Source: Octopus bimaculoides
Lineage: Eukaryota
Direction of reading: 5' to 3'
Assembly (NCBI RefSeq): GCF_001194135.2
Contig: NC_069002.1
Coordinates: 14,560,577 to 14,624,576, forward strand
Length of the DNA stretch: 64,000 bases
In this document: piece by piece, positions 48,679 to 63,085 of the stretch
How the letters are laid out: the number at the start of each line of letters is the position of its first letter
Position numbering within the stretch: position 1 is the first letter of the stretch
Program-made: the position numbers and the translations under genes
Notes under the pieces: model-generated
Told to the model about the DNA's origin: nothing
Databases searched by the model: none
What the model saw: only the letters and a program-made list of their open reading frames with translations

Positions 48679-51352
48679 TGTTACTACGGTGGCGTTGGTG
48701 AGGTTGTTCTTGTCGTTGGTAGTGGCAGTCCTGAAAGAAATTCTTCATTAAACAGTCCAATGGTCAAAAGAATTTCCACCATATTCAACAGAGTATTTTT
48801 GTACATTTTTTTCGAATCATCCTTATATTTCATAAGGTATAACATGTGATCTGATCGCGAATTTGTTAGTATTTCTAGCAGGTCGAGCGACCACACACTG
48901 GGGACTCTATTTGGTACATGAAACTTTTGAGTACGAAGTATAAAATAATGTCCACTTTGTTAATTACATGGGCTAGCTGTTAGATTACTGGTATTACAGT
49001 CGTGAGGATTGTTGGTTGGATTCCAAGACTGTGTGGCACATTAATTCCTTGAGCAAGAAACTTTATTTCATGTTACTTCTGCATAATCAGCAGTAATGAG
49101 AACTAACTCTTGATACTCAGCTGCTTTCCTGTCCAGAAGAGAAAGCCTTATACAACCTATACGCCTCGGACTCCGGAATAAGCTGTGTTTTCGAGACCTT
49201 TACTTCGAGCTTCGTGACAGACTTTACACCTCAGACTGAAATAAACTCCGGTTTTTTGAGGCTGTAATTTCGGGCCACGCAACAAACATGAACGGTATAC
49301 TTTTTATAAAAGATTAATTTAACATTTGTACGTTTCCATATATTTGGGGTTATTACTGTAAACGCATCAGATTGAAGTTAAACGATCTTTAAAACACAAA
49401 GTACTTCTGCAATACGAAGATTATACGAAAGGATATAATACGTAATTGCAGTAATCCAGTTAGATACTAATCCAAGAAGGCGATTGGTAAACACATAGCT
49501 ACAGGAATAAATATATAGAGCTATATTTATGCAGCAAGTGACGTCATGCAAGACTGTGTTGAAACTAAAACATTTCCATCGTAGGTAAGATATCTCAGTC
49601 ATGAAAAACTATGAAAACGAATCTGCTGACTTCACTGATAAATAATTAATATCCGAGTCACATATAAATACAAACGCTGTAGAATCGAAATATATTACTA
49701 CGTTGATGATTGCACGACGCCACATGAAACCCATAGGTCGGTGCCATAAAATTAATATATGTATTAATAATGGTGCATACATTTCTACTTGTATTTTATG
49801 TATATCGTTTTTATGTTAATTAGATTACATTATGATGCGGTTTAACGCACATACTCATCTGTATGACGTAGAAATATACTGTCACTATAACAAACGTTCT
49901 TACATTTATTCACGCGTACATACATACGTACATACATACACGCACGCACACGCACGCGCACGCACATACACACACACACACACACACACAAAGAAGGCGA
50001 TTGGTAAGCACATAGCTACATGAATAAATATATAGAGCTGTATTTATATTTAGAAATATATGTGTAAACATAGGCGTATCTTTATGCATGAATGTATACG
50101 TGTGTGTGTTTGTATATGTATATATATATATATATATATNNNNNNNNNNNNNNNNNNNNNNNNNNNNNNNNNNNNNNNNNNNNNNNNNNNNNNNNNNNNN
50201 NNNNNNNNNNNNNNNNNNCATATATATATATTCGATGAAAACCATAATTATTTCCTCACCATTAAACAGTATTTTGTGTTCTGTCCGTTCATCAAATGAT
50301 TTCCACCTCACCAACCCACGTAATTGAAAAAAAAAAAAAACTGAGAGAAATTGCGCGGATGAATATGTATTGAAATAAATAAACAAATTGATTACACTGA
50401 TCAATGTGTATTGAGTGCTGTAACTCTTGTTTTAAACATTTAACATCACCACATACACACCCACACGCATCCGCACTCCAGTCGCACATCATATACACCA
50501 CAAACGCACCCGCATGCGCTCTAACATACGTGCATATACATACTCCTAGGTTGCGAGCTTATGTTAAATGGCTCGGAATAATACGGAGAAAGGAAGTTCG
50601 GAGTGTGTGGCAGAGAGGGTGGTGATGTGTTAATATTGCTAAACAAATGTTAAAAAGTGAGGAACGTAGGGGGAGTGGTAAGAGCAGCAATATATATGCG
50701 TGTATTTATATGTATGTATATGTATGGGTCTCTGTTTATACACACATATAATATGTATGTACATGACTACACTCACACACGCGCGCACATATATGTGTTT
50801 GTTCAAAGACACGCCCCAGCACGGCCGACATCCACCCGATATAAGCCCACGCATATATTGTACCCTTTCACACGCCACATGCATACATAAATACCCGAAT
50901 AATTTAATCAAAACATAAAAGAAAACACACTAACACAAATGTACATACCCTCCCCTCTCCGCAAAGGCTATACATATAATACCACTACACACATTCCATT
51001 TTCACAACGTCACCAACCTTAAAGACACATATTTCCCATAACTTTTTTCCCATAACTCTTTTCAACAAAACCATCCCCAGAGATTTTGATTTTGATACCA
51101 AGGAACATAAGCCTTAACGTCATCCCCTGGTCGATTCGTTTCATCGTCTTTCTCACAACAGCTACAAACGGTATGTGTCTATTCATTTCCAACAATAGAG
51201 AGCAGTCGCCATATTTCATTCCATAACGGCTACCTCTGAAGAGCGCAGGGTTACATAATTGAATTGTTACCTAATATCCTGTGGAACACCTAGTGCGAAA
51301 CCGATTGGTACGATCGGCCGTAATTGATATATAATACTGTACACTTCAATTA

Positions 51353-51394
<42 letters not shown>

Positions 51395-51436
51395 NNNNNN
51401 NNNNACACATAATATGTATGTATATGTCTACATTCA

Positions 51437-52169
51437 CGAACTAATCGTGCACAGAGAGTGAATGTGGGCTCTTCTTTGCTGTCACGTCTCATGAATGAAC
51501 CTTTTTGGGACCAAATAGTAACTGGTGATGAGAAATGGGTTCTCTATAAAAATGTCAAGTGCCAAAGATAGTGGGTAGGGAAAGGAGAAACACCAGCACC
51601 CCAGGCTAAAGAATCTCATCAGGCGCATACAGTGTTGTTATCTGTTTGGTGAGATATAAAAGGTTTAGTCAACTTTGAACTTTTAAACCAAAACCAAACG
51701 ATAACAAAGGAGATATACTACGAGCGGCTTAAGCGGTTTAAGTCAGTGCTAGAATAAAAATGACCATCTTTGGTTTCAAGACGAAAGGTGTTCTTCCATC
51801 AGGATAATGTTTGGCCACATACAGCGAGGATGACATTCTAAATGCTGGAGCAGTTTGAATGGGAACCGATGCACTATATTAGCAGGAAATTTCCGTATCT
51901 GATTATCATTCATTCTGCAGTCTTCAAAATCATTTGCACAGAAAAAATTTGAATTCTGAAGACAACGTCAGAACAATACTGGAGGAGTATCTTTCGTCAC
52001 CGACAAGTGAATTTCAAAAGAGGGTCCTTGCAAATATACCAGATAGATGAGAGGGCACTGTTAAAATGAAGAAGAGTATATTTTAGATTAAAAAAGAACT
52101 TTGTTTATATTAATTTTGAAAAAACGAAAGACGTATAAAACAAACCGTATTATTTATTGGATGACCCAA
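51437..52169 (+). mobile_element. Mariner 3' two-thirds with right TIR (same family as 1344-2563)
   Basis: NRAQRVNVGSSLLSRLMNEPFWDQIVTGDEKWVLYKN, HQDNVWPHT; ends ccgtattatttattggatgacccaa|ta. Confidence 0.92.
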
Positions 52170-52892
52170 TAAATATAAGTATCTATGTAAACATTATCAA
52201 TCACACATATATAATGTATGAGTTTTGCTTATACGCCAGATTTGCTACATGACACTGGTTGTTAAAGAACGCTTGAACATCAGAAACCAAGAGAGGCAAG
52301 TCGCCTCGGAAACACCTAGAATGTTAGATACCGTTATTTTGCCATTATTGTGGCTTGTCGATCTCGAAACGAACTGAATCACTGGTCTGTGACTTATTTG
52401 CAATTAGATTGAAGTCCATTTGCTGATGAGCTGTGGCATAGTATATGGGACAGAAACTTAAATTACGAATTAAAAACATTTTTAGTAATGTAAGCATTAT
52501 CGATCGCACATAAATCACCGACCAGTGATTTATTTTGTTTCGAGATAATCCAAATACATGATATTGGTAAGCTCCTATAATGGTGAAATATCGGTAGCTA
52601 CCATTCGCATTGATTTCGAAGCGAGTCGTCTAACCTTGTCTGTGGCGTGCAAGTGCTCTTTAAAGATAGGCGTCATGTCGGGAGCTTTCGCTGGACGCTT
52701 TACCGCAGTAAATTTGGCATATGAATAAACACATACGTGCTTCTTTATACATAAAATACTATAAATAAACGCGCTATAAATAAGGCATACGCACTATAAA
52801 TAAAATACATGCACCATATATATATATATATACAGAAAGAGAGAGAGAGAGAAAGAAAGATAGAGAACGAGAGAGACACAGATTGACAGCGG

Positions 52893-52927
<35 letters not shown>

Positions 52928-53312
52928 NNNNNNNNNNNNNNNNNNNNNNNNNNNNNNNNNNNNNNNNNNNNNNNNNNNNNNNNNNNNNNNNNNNNNNNNN
53001 NNNNNNNNNNNNNNNNNNNNNNNNNNNNNNNNNNNNNNNNNNNNNNNNNNNNNNNNNNNNNNNNNNNNNNNNNNNNNNNNNNNNNNNNNNNNNNNNNNNN
53101 NNNNNNNNNNNNNNNNNNNNNNNNNNNNNNNNNNNNNNNNNNNNNNNNNNNNNNNNNNNNNNNNNNNNNNNNNNNNNNNNNNNNNNNNNNNNNNNNNNNN
53201 NNNNNNNNNNNNNNNNNNNNNNNNNNNNNNNNNNNNNNNNNNNNNNNNNNNNNNNNNNNNNNNNNNNNNNNNNNNNNNNNNNNNNNNNNNNNNNNNNNNN
53301 NNNNNNNNNNNN

Positions 53313-53351
<39 letters not shown>

Positions 53352-53577
53352 TGACCGCTAAATCCACAAGTCTCTTTTTAAAATTCTTTCTCTGTTTATT
53401 TTCTCTTATTCCTTTCTGTTGAAGAGCGTAGGCTCGAAACGTAAAAGACTTTCTCACTTTCCCGAGCGTCAAACTAATACACCTGTATGCCGTTCATACA
53501 CCTGTTTTCGTCTCTTGTTTTTCTGTAAATTTCAATTATATATATGTGTGTGTGTGTGTGTGTTTTATTTATACTCG

Positions 53578-53654
<77 letters not shown>

Positions 53655-54590
53655 CTCAAGGAGATCGAGGCTTGATCCAATTTGAAATCTGCAAAACCAC
53701 GACAATTGGACTGGCAAAATATCTTGAAACATCTAACGGCTGGATGCTAAACCTCGTTGAAAACCATGTAAGACGCAAGAAGCTACATTCTGTTATGAAG
53801 GAGAGCAAACAATTTTCAAGTGAGCTTATGCATAATACCCAGGTTGAACAGCATGATGGAAATGCAGCAATTGTAGTTGCAAAGAATGTGAAAACAATAG
53901 CAAAGCAAAATGCGTTTGAACAATTGGCTGATAGGTGGGAACAAAAACCTCTGCATGGCAAATATGTGGACCGTAGCAGACAAGCTGATGTAGATCAGAA
54001 GCACGCCCATCAGACGCTACGGAGTTAAAGGCAGAGAGTGAAGGCTTTGTCTTGGCTGCCCAAGATCGGAGCTTATTGGCCTGGAACTATCATGCCAATA
54101 TGATGAAAAATGGTGTAGACCCAAAGTACCTATACTGCAACAATGGGATAAAAACAGTCAACCACCTAATCTCTGGATGTAAGGTTTTAGCACCTGTAGA
54201 GTACAAATCAAGACATGACAGATTTGGCCAATATCTATATTGGATAATGTGTCGGCATTATAAAATCAAAACTGTTGACAAATTGTACAAGCATCACTCT
54301 GAGGCTGTAACTGAGAGAGAACATGTAGCTATTCTTTGGGAATTCCCAGTATGTACAGGTCGGACCATCAAGGCAAATAAACCGGGGAATATAACGGAAA
54401 TTGGAATATAGTGCCCGTTAGAACTGTTACAAAAGGTGTGCCTCCTTGGCACGGCCAGAAGTACCAGGAAAGTATTAGATAGCTGAAAAGAACAGATAGC
54501 ATGGTACCGCAGGTTGTAGGTAGCATGCCCGCTACGCATGCAAGAGTCCAGGAGCTCCAACAAAATCTGTGATAAAGAAAATAATAATAA
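53655..54590 (+). mobile_element. R4/Dong-like RLE LINE 3' fragment (distinct subfamily)
   Basis: GDRGLIQF...WEQKPLHGKY...ESEGFVLAAQDRSL..RNYH-like...KTVNHLISGCKVLAPVEYKSRHD...ILWEFP...IKANKP. Ends aataataataa. Confidence 0.85.
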
Positions 54591-56132
54591 CACATATGTT
54601 TATAAAGAAATACTTTATAAGTAGATTACATAGTCAAATCTTCAGTTATTACATAACACTCTTATATTACCTTTAGTGTTAATAATGGGTACTTGACAGT
54701 ATTTTGGCGTTAGTGACAGTAACTACTGTAGTTATGGACACTGATTTATATTTGGGACTGTAATGTTCGATCTTAGGAGTTATGTTGTCTGCAGATGTGT
54801 AACTAATCTTAACGTTATGTCAGTTGACGAGCCTACGATATGTAGGCTTTGAGGTAAACAATGTTTTACTCAGGTTCGCAGTGAATTCAACAACACTCAT
54901 TAGGTTTGAGAGCCGCAACAAATCCTATCCTGTCGTCAACAGTACCCTACCAAAACTGACCATGCCAATGCATGCGTGAACTTGATATCTTCCGCAATGT
55001 TTCAACCTTTCATAATACGATTAGAAGTGTGTTAGTCATATACCCTAAGTATGAAGTTATATGAAACTTTGATTAATGATAAATCTGAATTCTCTTGCTG
55101 GTTTCCGATAAAAATGAATTTTATCTCAGATATTTTGCCCCTTATTGTACATACAAGCGCGTATATACGTACATAGATATATGCATACATAACTAAGCGC
55201 ACGCACCCTCCACACACACATACATACATACATGCATACATACATGCATACATACATACATATGTAGCATGTAAATATATAGAGAGAGCGGGAAAATAAT
55301 ACATTTATAGACACACACTCATATACATATGTCGGTGTATATATATATATATATATATATATATGGTGTATATTTTTCTCATGTTAATGTGTGAGGTGTA
55401 TGGGGCAAAAGGTAAAGTTTATTGCTTGTATGATTGGCTTCTGTGGAGGCCACTGTAATTGGTGTAGTGTGCAATCTATATATGTGTAATATTTGTGTGA
55501 TGTATGTAAATTTGGTGTGTATTTGTCCATACATATAATGAATATGGGTGAGTGGCCGATGTATATGAAGGGATGGGTTTTCTAAGTCAGTGATAAATGT
55601 ACAACAAAACACTTCTTACAGCTCATCAATCACAATTTGTTTTATCACTCCTGCATTACTAAGAGACTAGGGCAAACCAGTTTTTCCTATTTCCTACTTT
55701 CACTTCTTTTTCTTCTTGTGCTTCTTTTTTTTTGCATCTGATTCTTCTTTTTCTTCATTGTTCTCACATGACCTTCATTGACCTGTTACCTTGATATGAA
55801 TTTCAATCGGAAAACTTAAACTTCTTGCCACTTATTCCACCAAAGAATAAGCAACAGCAACGCGTCGTTAAAGCCTCAGTAACATGTCACATACTGGACG
55901 ACAATTTTGCTTCTTTGATGTCATGATAATAGTTCATACGTACTCTATAACGCGCACGTCGAACAAATACGGTAGCAGAAGCATAAACATCTACGTAAGC
56001 ATACTGACACATAAACACACACATTGTCTGTCAATGAAAACACTTTCCAAGTTCTTTTCACTGAGACGTTATAAACTGAGTCCAACTTCATAACTTGACA
56101 CACAGAGGAGCTGGGTAACTTCCCTTTATAAC

Positions 56133-56170
<38 letters not shown>

Positions 56171-57044
56171 AAATTTAGGGTTCAACAAGTATTGCTTCAC
56201 CACACACCGAAAATTAGAAATAGCAGCGAAAAGCTACTATTTCTCTACTTAAATACAACTCCAAAAAAAAAAAACAGTAATACTCGCAAACAACAAAGGT
56301 AAAACAGGAAAGAAATAACGAATCTTTTTCCTTTTTAAACCCAGAACCATGAGATTGGGAAGCAAGCTTCTTGCTACCCAGCCACATCTCTCTCGTCGTT
56401 TTCTCTGAGACTCATTCACACAGTTCGATACAATAAATGAACCCGCTCCGTTTAGCTTTTTCTCCGCATATAACCTGTGCAGCGCGTTTTACAATGAACC
56501 GACTGTAACCTGTTCCATTTGTTATTGTTATAATTTTTTTAGCCTCAGTTCGTTTCTGACAGTGCTGACCTATCGGAGACCACGTCAAGTAGAACATTAG
56601 CTCTTCTCTCAAAAACGTCGAAGGATCATATAATGAAATGCCATATCAAATTCAAACCAGCTGTCACTAACGTGCGATGACACATTTCTAAAATGCGGCC
56701 ATTATTACAGAGTAGGTAATATAACTCCTGTTGCCCTCACAGGCATTACAGCTCTTTCAGCGGACATCTTGCCTTTCTACCCACCTAACACCAATGCAAT
56801 GATTTCATTCGTCTCAACTATTTTACAATATGTCGAGAAACAAATGATTTATGAGGATTTCAACATCTCTGAGTTTAAGATTTCAAACTGTCGTCTTCTT
56901 ACAATTTTTTCCTTGCTTGTTTCTTTCACTCAATATGTTGATATAGACCAGCAAAAACATTAGTGCAATGTCGGCATGTTAGACAGAACCAACTTGGGAA
57001 TTAGAACAGTGATAAATGTGTTCGCCTTATTTCTTTATTTACTT

Positions 57045-57137
<93 letters not shown>

Positions 57138-57241
57138 ATGCGTTTATATGTACATATATGTCTTTACATCTATATTTATACGTGTATATATATGTATAGT
57201 CTTTCTCTCTCTCACTCTCTCTCTCTCTCTCTCTCTCACTC

Positions 57242-57282
<41 letters not shown>

Positions 57283-58828
57283 TTATGCATACATGGATAC
57301 CTATATGTGAGCGGGTGTGTTTTTATGTTCTTATGTTCTTGTAAGTGTAGCCACATTATAAATACTCATATAAATACAAGGATATGTATACACATAGGCG
57401 TACTCTCATGCACATACACGCACAAGTACACACACATATATGTACACGTGTGTTTGTGCGTAAGGCAAACTAATATGCATAAATCCTCAATCGTATGCAT
57501 ACATGTAAATACATACAAATATATACACACCGGCGTACGTATGTGTTTGGTTAAATAAACAATCGAGAAGTGTGTTAACAAAATTCAACACGAAAGGTTA
57601 CTATTGTAAAAGTAGTTTTAACACATTTGTTGATCTAAGAAATGAAAACTGACAGGAAGGGCAAGATTAACTGAACTTTTCTCAACACACATTTCCATCT
57701 TCAAATGAAGGTAGGTGTTAAAGGATAACTGAGTTAGTGAATGGTGAACGACAAATGAATACTGCATTTCCTCCTGACGGCTAATTCTACCTGTTGTTCA
57801 ATAATAATAATACAAATGTAAGCTTTAGCTACATGAATAACATGTTCAGTATCATAAAGCTTGTAAGTATGTATCTTGTGGCACACCAAGAATGAGACTA
57901 ACCGATATGGTATAGATGACTAATGCCTAGAAAGAATCATCTTATATCAGCCCTACGACTTTTCTAATAAAATCTCAGTTTTAAAAATGAGCACTAAAAA
58001 GTCAACATTCAAAAACTGCTTACATCAATATAACTGCTCGTTCTGCTCCCCACAAAAGAGAAAGAGTACAGCATTATCCAAACAGATTTCGCATTGAAAA
58101 GATGCAGTAAGGAATATGAGCATCATGCCGACCATTATAGGTAGAAAACCATAACTTAGTGACGTATCGAAGTTTTACAACACATGTCTCTCAGAGAGGC
58201 TTCCCAAAATCCTCTATATCACACCGACTGTTTTCAATATCTTCACTACCATTATATTATTTGACACTCCTAATGCCTACAGTCGACTATGATGTCAATC
58301 GTACAAAATCTTTACTCATGATCATGGAACAGAGTTTAATCACATATATCTATAAAAGATTATACAAAACTAACATAAGTTGAGTTATTTTGCATTTTGG
58401 TTCGCAAAGTCAAAACAATACAGGATATATGTGTGTATGTATGCGTGTGTGCGTGTGGGTGTGAGCGTGTGTGTGCGTACTTTTGTGTATGTGAGTGTGT
58501 ATGTGTGTGAGTGTGTGAGTGTGTTTGTGTGTGCGTGTGAGAGGGTAAGCGTACGTAGTGGACATACAAACATGACAAATTTCAGTGTCTCACCGAAAAT
58601 TGAGAATAATCATAGATAGCCGTAATCGAATTTAGAATTTTATTGGACCCACACCGCAAGAGTCTAGGTCATTTGACCAATTGCTGTGCAATACAAAAAG
58701 CCAATCTGTTTACACACAGAACAAACCCAGTAGCTTCAGAGTGCAATGGAGCAAGTCATTCGCATAACATAAGCGTGTCACACTTTATTGAATCTCAGCG
58801 GCATGCTAACGGGATCTTAGGCCGCATA

Positions 58829-58860
<32 letters not shown>

Positions 58861-59906
58861 NNNNNNNNNNNNNNNNNNNNNNNNNNNNNNNNNNNNNNNN
58901 NNNNNNNNNNNNNNNNNNNNNNNNNNNNNNNNNNNNNNNNNNNNNNNNNNNNNNNNNNNNNNNNNNNNNNNNNNNNNNNNNNNNNNNNNNNNNNNNNNNN
59001 NNNNNNNNNNNNNNNNNNNNNNNNNNNNNNNNNNNNNNNNNNNNNNNNNNNNNNNNNNNNNNNNNNNNNNNNNNNNNNNNNNNNNNNNNNNNNNNNNNNN
59101 NNNNNNNNNNNNNNNNNNNNNNNNNNNNNNNNNNNNNNNNNNNNNNNNNNNNNNNNNNNNNNNNNNNNNNNNNNNNNNNNNNNNNNNNNNNNNNNNNNNN
59201 NNNNNNNNNNNNNNNNNNNNNNNNNNNNNNNNNNNNNNNNNNNNNNNNNNNNNNNNNNNNNNNNNNNNNNNNNNNNNNATATATATAATATATACTTTTA
59301 TACTAATATATACTTTTGTCATGTACACCACCTGTCCTCGTCTGTTGTTATTATTTGTATATTCTCCCATATATATATATATATATATATAGGTATATAT
59401 ACATGTGTATGTGTATGTATGTATGTATGTATGTATGCAGATAGATAGCTAGCTAGATAGACAGACTGACACATAGACACACACACACACACACACACAT
59501 ATGTTTGTTGACTTTTATATATTATTTTCGTTATTCTGGGATTTCCTTCATTCTAGTAAGGTGGAAAGTGTTTGTGCATTCATGGTTTGCGTAGATTACT
59601 TACATTGATATTGATTGTTTTCCTTCATCGATAATCTAATTAGACTTAGATTATGCTTAGATATTGCCATCTAGTTTAGGAAAGGTTCTCTGGAATCAAT
59701 CAATCTATCTATCTATCTATCTATCTTTGTGTGTGTGTGTATGTATAAATGTATATGTACGCATATTTATACATCCGTACACACACAAACACACACACAC
59801 ACACACACACACTCATATATAGGTGTAAGTATATATATCGATACATGCATACAAACATATATATACACACACCCGTGTACAGGTGTAAGTATATGCGTAT
59901 TCGTAG

Positions 59907-59967
<61 letters not shown>

Positions 59968-60174
59968 CACACATACACACACATATACATGCACATAGAT
60001 ACATATGTATGTATATATATATATAGATATATGTATACATATATATATATATGTATATATATATACATACACACATATATATATATATATGTGTGTGGGG
60101 GGAGTGTCCGCGCGCGTGTTTGTGAGTATGTTTGTGTGTGTGTGTACATATATATATAAAAAAAGCAAAGAAGT

Positions 60175-60380
60175 CAAAGGCCCTTCCCGAGCCGTAGGCT
60201 AATAAGGATAATGTCCCAGATTCTGTGACTTTAATATCACACCCTTACCATCTTTGTTAAGAGCAACTTGAAAAGAAATGTTTTGCTCAAAACTACAACG
60301 CATAGCCCGTTCAAGGAAGTGAAACCACAATCTGACGATCATGTGTGCAACAACCTAACCACTAAACCATGTGCCTCCAC
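60175..60380 (-). mobile_element. tRNA-derived CORE-type SINE, family S5 (degenerate; related fragment at ~48975-49110 on +)
   Basis: Minus-strand head gtggaggcacatggtttagtggttagg...gatcgtcagattgtggtttcacttcc, CORE-like tttgagcaaaacatttc. Confidence 0.6.
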
Positions 60381-61174
60381 ATATGTACATATGGCATAAT
60401 AACGNNNNNNNNNNNNNNNNNNNNNNNNNNNNNNNNNNNNNNNNNNNNNNNNNNNNNNNNNNNNNNNNNNNNNNNNNNNNNNNNNNNNNNNNNNNNNNNN
60501 NNNNNNNNNNNNNNNNNNNNNNNNNNNNNNNNNNNNNNNNNNNNNNNNNNNNNNNNNNNNNNNNNNNNNNNNNNNNNNNNNNNNNNNNNNNNNNNNNNNN
60601 NNNNNNNNNNNNNNNNNNNNNNNNNNNNNNNNNNNNNNNNNNNNNNNNNNNNNNNNNNNNNNNNNNNNNNNNNNNNNNNNNNNNNNNNNNNNNNNNNNNN
60701 NNNNNNNNNNNNNNNNNNNNNNNNNNNNNNNNNNNNNNNNNNNNNNNNNNNNNNNNNNNNNNNNNNNNNNNNNNNNNNNNNNNNNNNNNNNNNNNNNNNN
60801 NNNNNNNNNNNNNNNNNNNNNNNNNNNNNNNNNNNNNNNNNNNNNNNNNNNNNNNNNNNNNNNNNNNNNNNNNNNNNNNNNNNNNNNNNNNNNNNNNNNN
60901 NNNNNNNNNNNNNNNNNNNNNNNNNNNNNNNNNNNNNNNNNNNNNNNNNNNNNNNNNNNNNNNNNNNNNNNNNNNNNNNNNNNNNNNNNNNNNNNNNNNN
61001 NNNNNNNNNNNNNNNNNNNNNNNNNNNNNNNNNNNNNNNNNNNNNNNNNNNNNNNNNNNNNNNNNNNNNNNNNNNNNNNNNNNNNNNNNNNNNNNNNNNN
61101 NNNNNNNNNNNNNNNNNNNNNNNNNNNNNNNNNNNNNNNNNNNNNNNNNNNNNNNNTTACATTTCAGTTCTGAG

Positions 61175-62605
61175 TTTTATCAGGTGAATATAAAATTTGG
61201 TGCTTGCAGTTTGGCTTGTATCCACGAATTTCGTAGCCAGTTTTAATATACAAGGTAGCATTGTTACGAGTTCAACTCATTGAACAAAAATGTAATGTGT
61301 TCATTAGAAAGTGGCTAGGCCTACCTCGGATGTTGAACGGTTCAGCTCTTTATCGTAAAAAAGGCTCGTTGCAGTTACCACTGGCGTCAATAGTCGAAAT
61401 ATACAAACTAGGGAAGATACGGACGATGATGATGCTGAGAGAGTCGAAGGACATGGAAATCAGGCATAATCTACCAGAGGTGAAAACAGCCAGGAAGTGG
61501 AGAGCAGAAGCAGAGACTGATGACATCTTATCTCCTCTTACACACCGAGATATGGTGGGTGCAACGCAAAATCATCGGAAGGGACTTGGTTTTGGCGCAG
61601 ATCAGTTCAGACCGTTTGCAAGTTTGATGCGAAGCGAACGCAGATCTGCTGTTAGCAACAGAGTCAAAACGAGGGAAGCAGAGAGAAGAGGGCTTCATTT
61701 GATCAAATGTATTCAACAAGGACAGATGATGAGATATGAGGAACATGTTGCTGAGAGGAAAATAAGTTGGGATGAAATATGGAAGTGGACGACATCTCGG
61801 CTAAGTTTTCTGATTCGTTCNNNNNNNNNNTACCCTCCTGCGTTCAGGACAGCGGATCCGTTTCAAGAAGAAGAACAACAAACTTCCTTTGAGTGATGAA
61901 AGGTAGAACGGCTATTGGGAGGTGACTGCAGATTTACCAGGGTGCCAGGGAATCTTTCCCGTCCCAGTTACGAAAAAACTGGATATATAAATGTGGTGTG
62001 AAGAAAAGTTGTGAATCTAGTCGAGTTAACGGTTCCTCATGAAGATAACATGGACGCCACTCGGGCTCGAAAGATTGACCGTTATGTAAACCTCCTCGAG
62101 GAATGTGAAGTCGCAGTCTAGAAAGCGGCGTATTTTCCAATCGAAATCGGATGTAAAAGGTTTGTTGGACACTGTGTGAGACTACTGTTGTTATCGTTAG
62201 GCGTAACTCATCGTAAAATACCACCATCACCGATATCCAAACTACAGTGTGGAAGGTTAGCCACTGGATTTGGTTAAAACGAGACGATGAGCGATGGCTA
62301 GAAGTATATTGAGCATTACTTAACAACCAGTTGATCTAGCAAGCGGGGCCTCATATCAGTGAGCGGGGCCAGTGTGCATTGCTGCTGTGGAGAGGTAGGC
62401 CGCGAAACGGCGCGCAATCTCTCCTGATGACCCCATACACTTGCTGGCTTCCGGTATGCGGAGTTCTCGACTGGTAGCACTTGCATGTGCAAGTTGTTTG
62501 CAAGACATCTATTCGTTTTTGCTTCTGTTTTCATAAATTCTATCTCGCTTACAATTGGTCTCATTATTGCCTACAATAAATAATGTGGGAACATACGGCT
62601 GACAT
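61175..62605 (+). mobile_element. 5'-truncated HERO-clade RLE non-LTR retrotransposon
   Basis: YKIWCLQFGLYPRI*...FIRKWLGLPR...LQLPLASIVEIYK...KWRA...RKGLG...QQGQ...ERKISWDEIWK...RLSFLIRS, then (after gap) VNLVELTVPHEDNMD...RK..RY...PIEIGCKRFVG. Candidate 18-bp TSD. Confidence 0.88.
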
Positions 62606-62949
62606 TTACATTTCAGTTCTGAGCTTACGAGTTCCATCTCATTATGGGGTACTGTGGGTCCTAGTCTCAGAATTCAAACCGGTTGCACAAAAACTATGCA
62701 GATACATCTACTGTTGGGTGGATTGTACCTGTAACAAAATAAAACCATTCCCCACGCTATTTAGGTTTTTTGGCTATTCCTGCTGTCTGACCAAGGGGTT
62801 TTCCACATGTGAAATTAATATGGAACTGCTTGAGTATTCAACAATCGCGTAATCCACAGAGTCGAATTAGCGTCCGCAAAGTGAAGGTACCTTTGGAAAT
62901 CCAACAACAATCTAAAGGGAAGTATAAATCCCAGAAATAGAATCGTATT

Positions 62950-63085
62950 TTATTTATCAACCCAGAGACGATAAAGTTCAAAATTGATCTCGCCAGAATT
63001 TGAACTCAGTATGTAGAGACCCGCTACAAATACTACAATGCATTCAGTCTATTCACTGTCCTAACCGTTCTGCCAATTCACCGCG
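62950..63085 (-). mobile_element. SINE S1 5' portion
   Basis: tttatcaacccagagacgataaagttcaaaattgatctcgccagaatttgaactcag...ctaaccgttctgccaattcaccgc. Confidence 0.75.
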
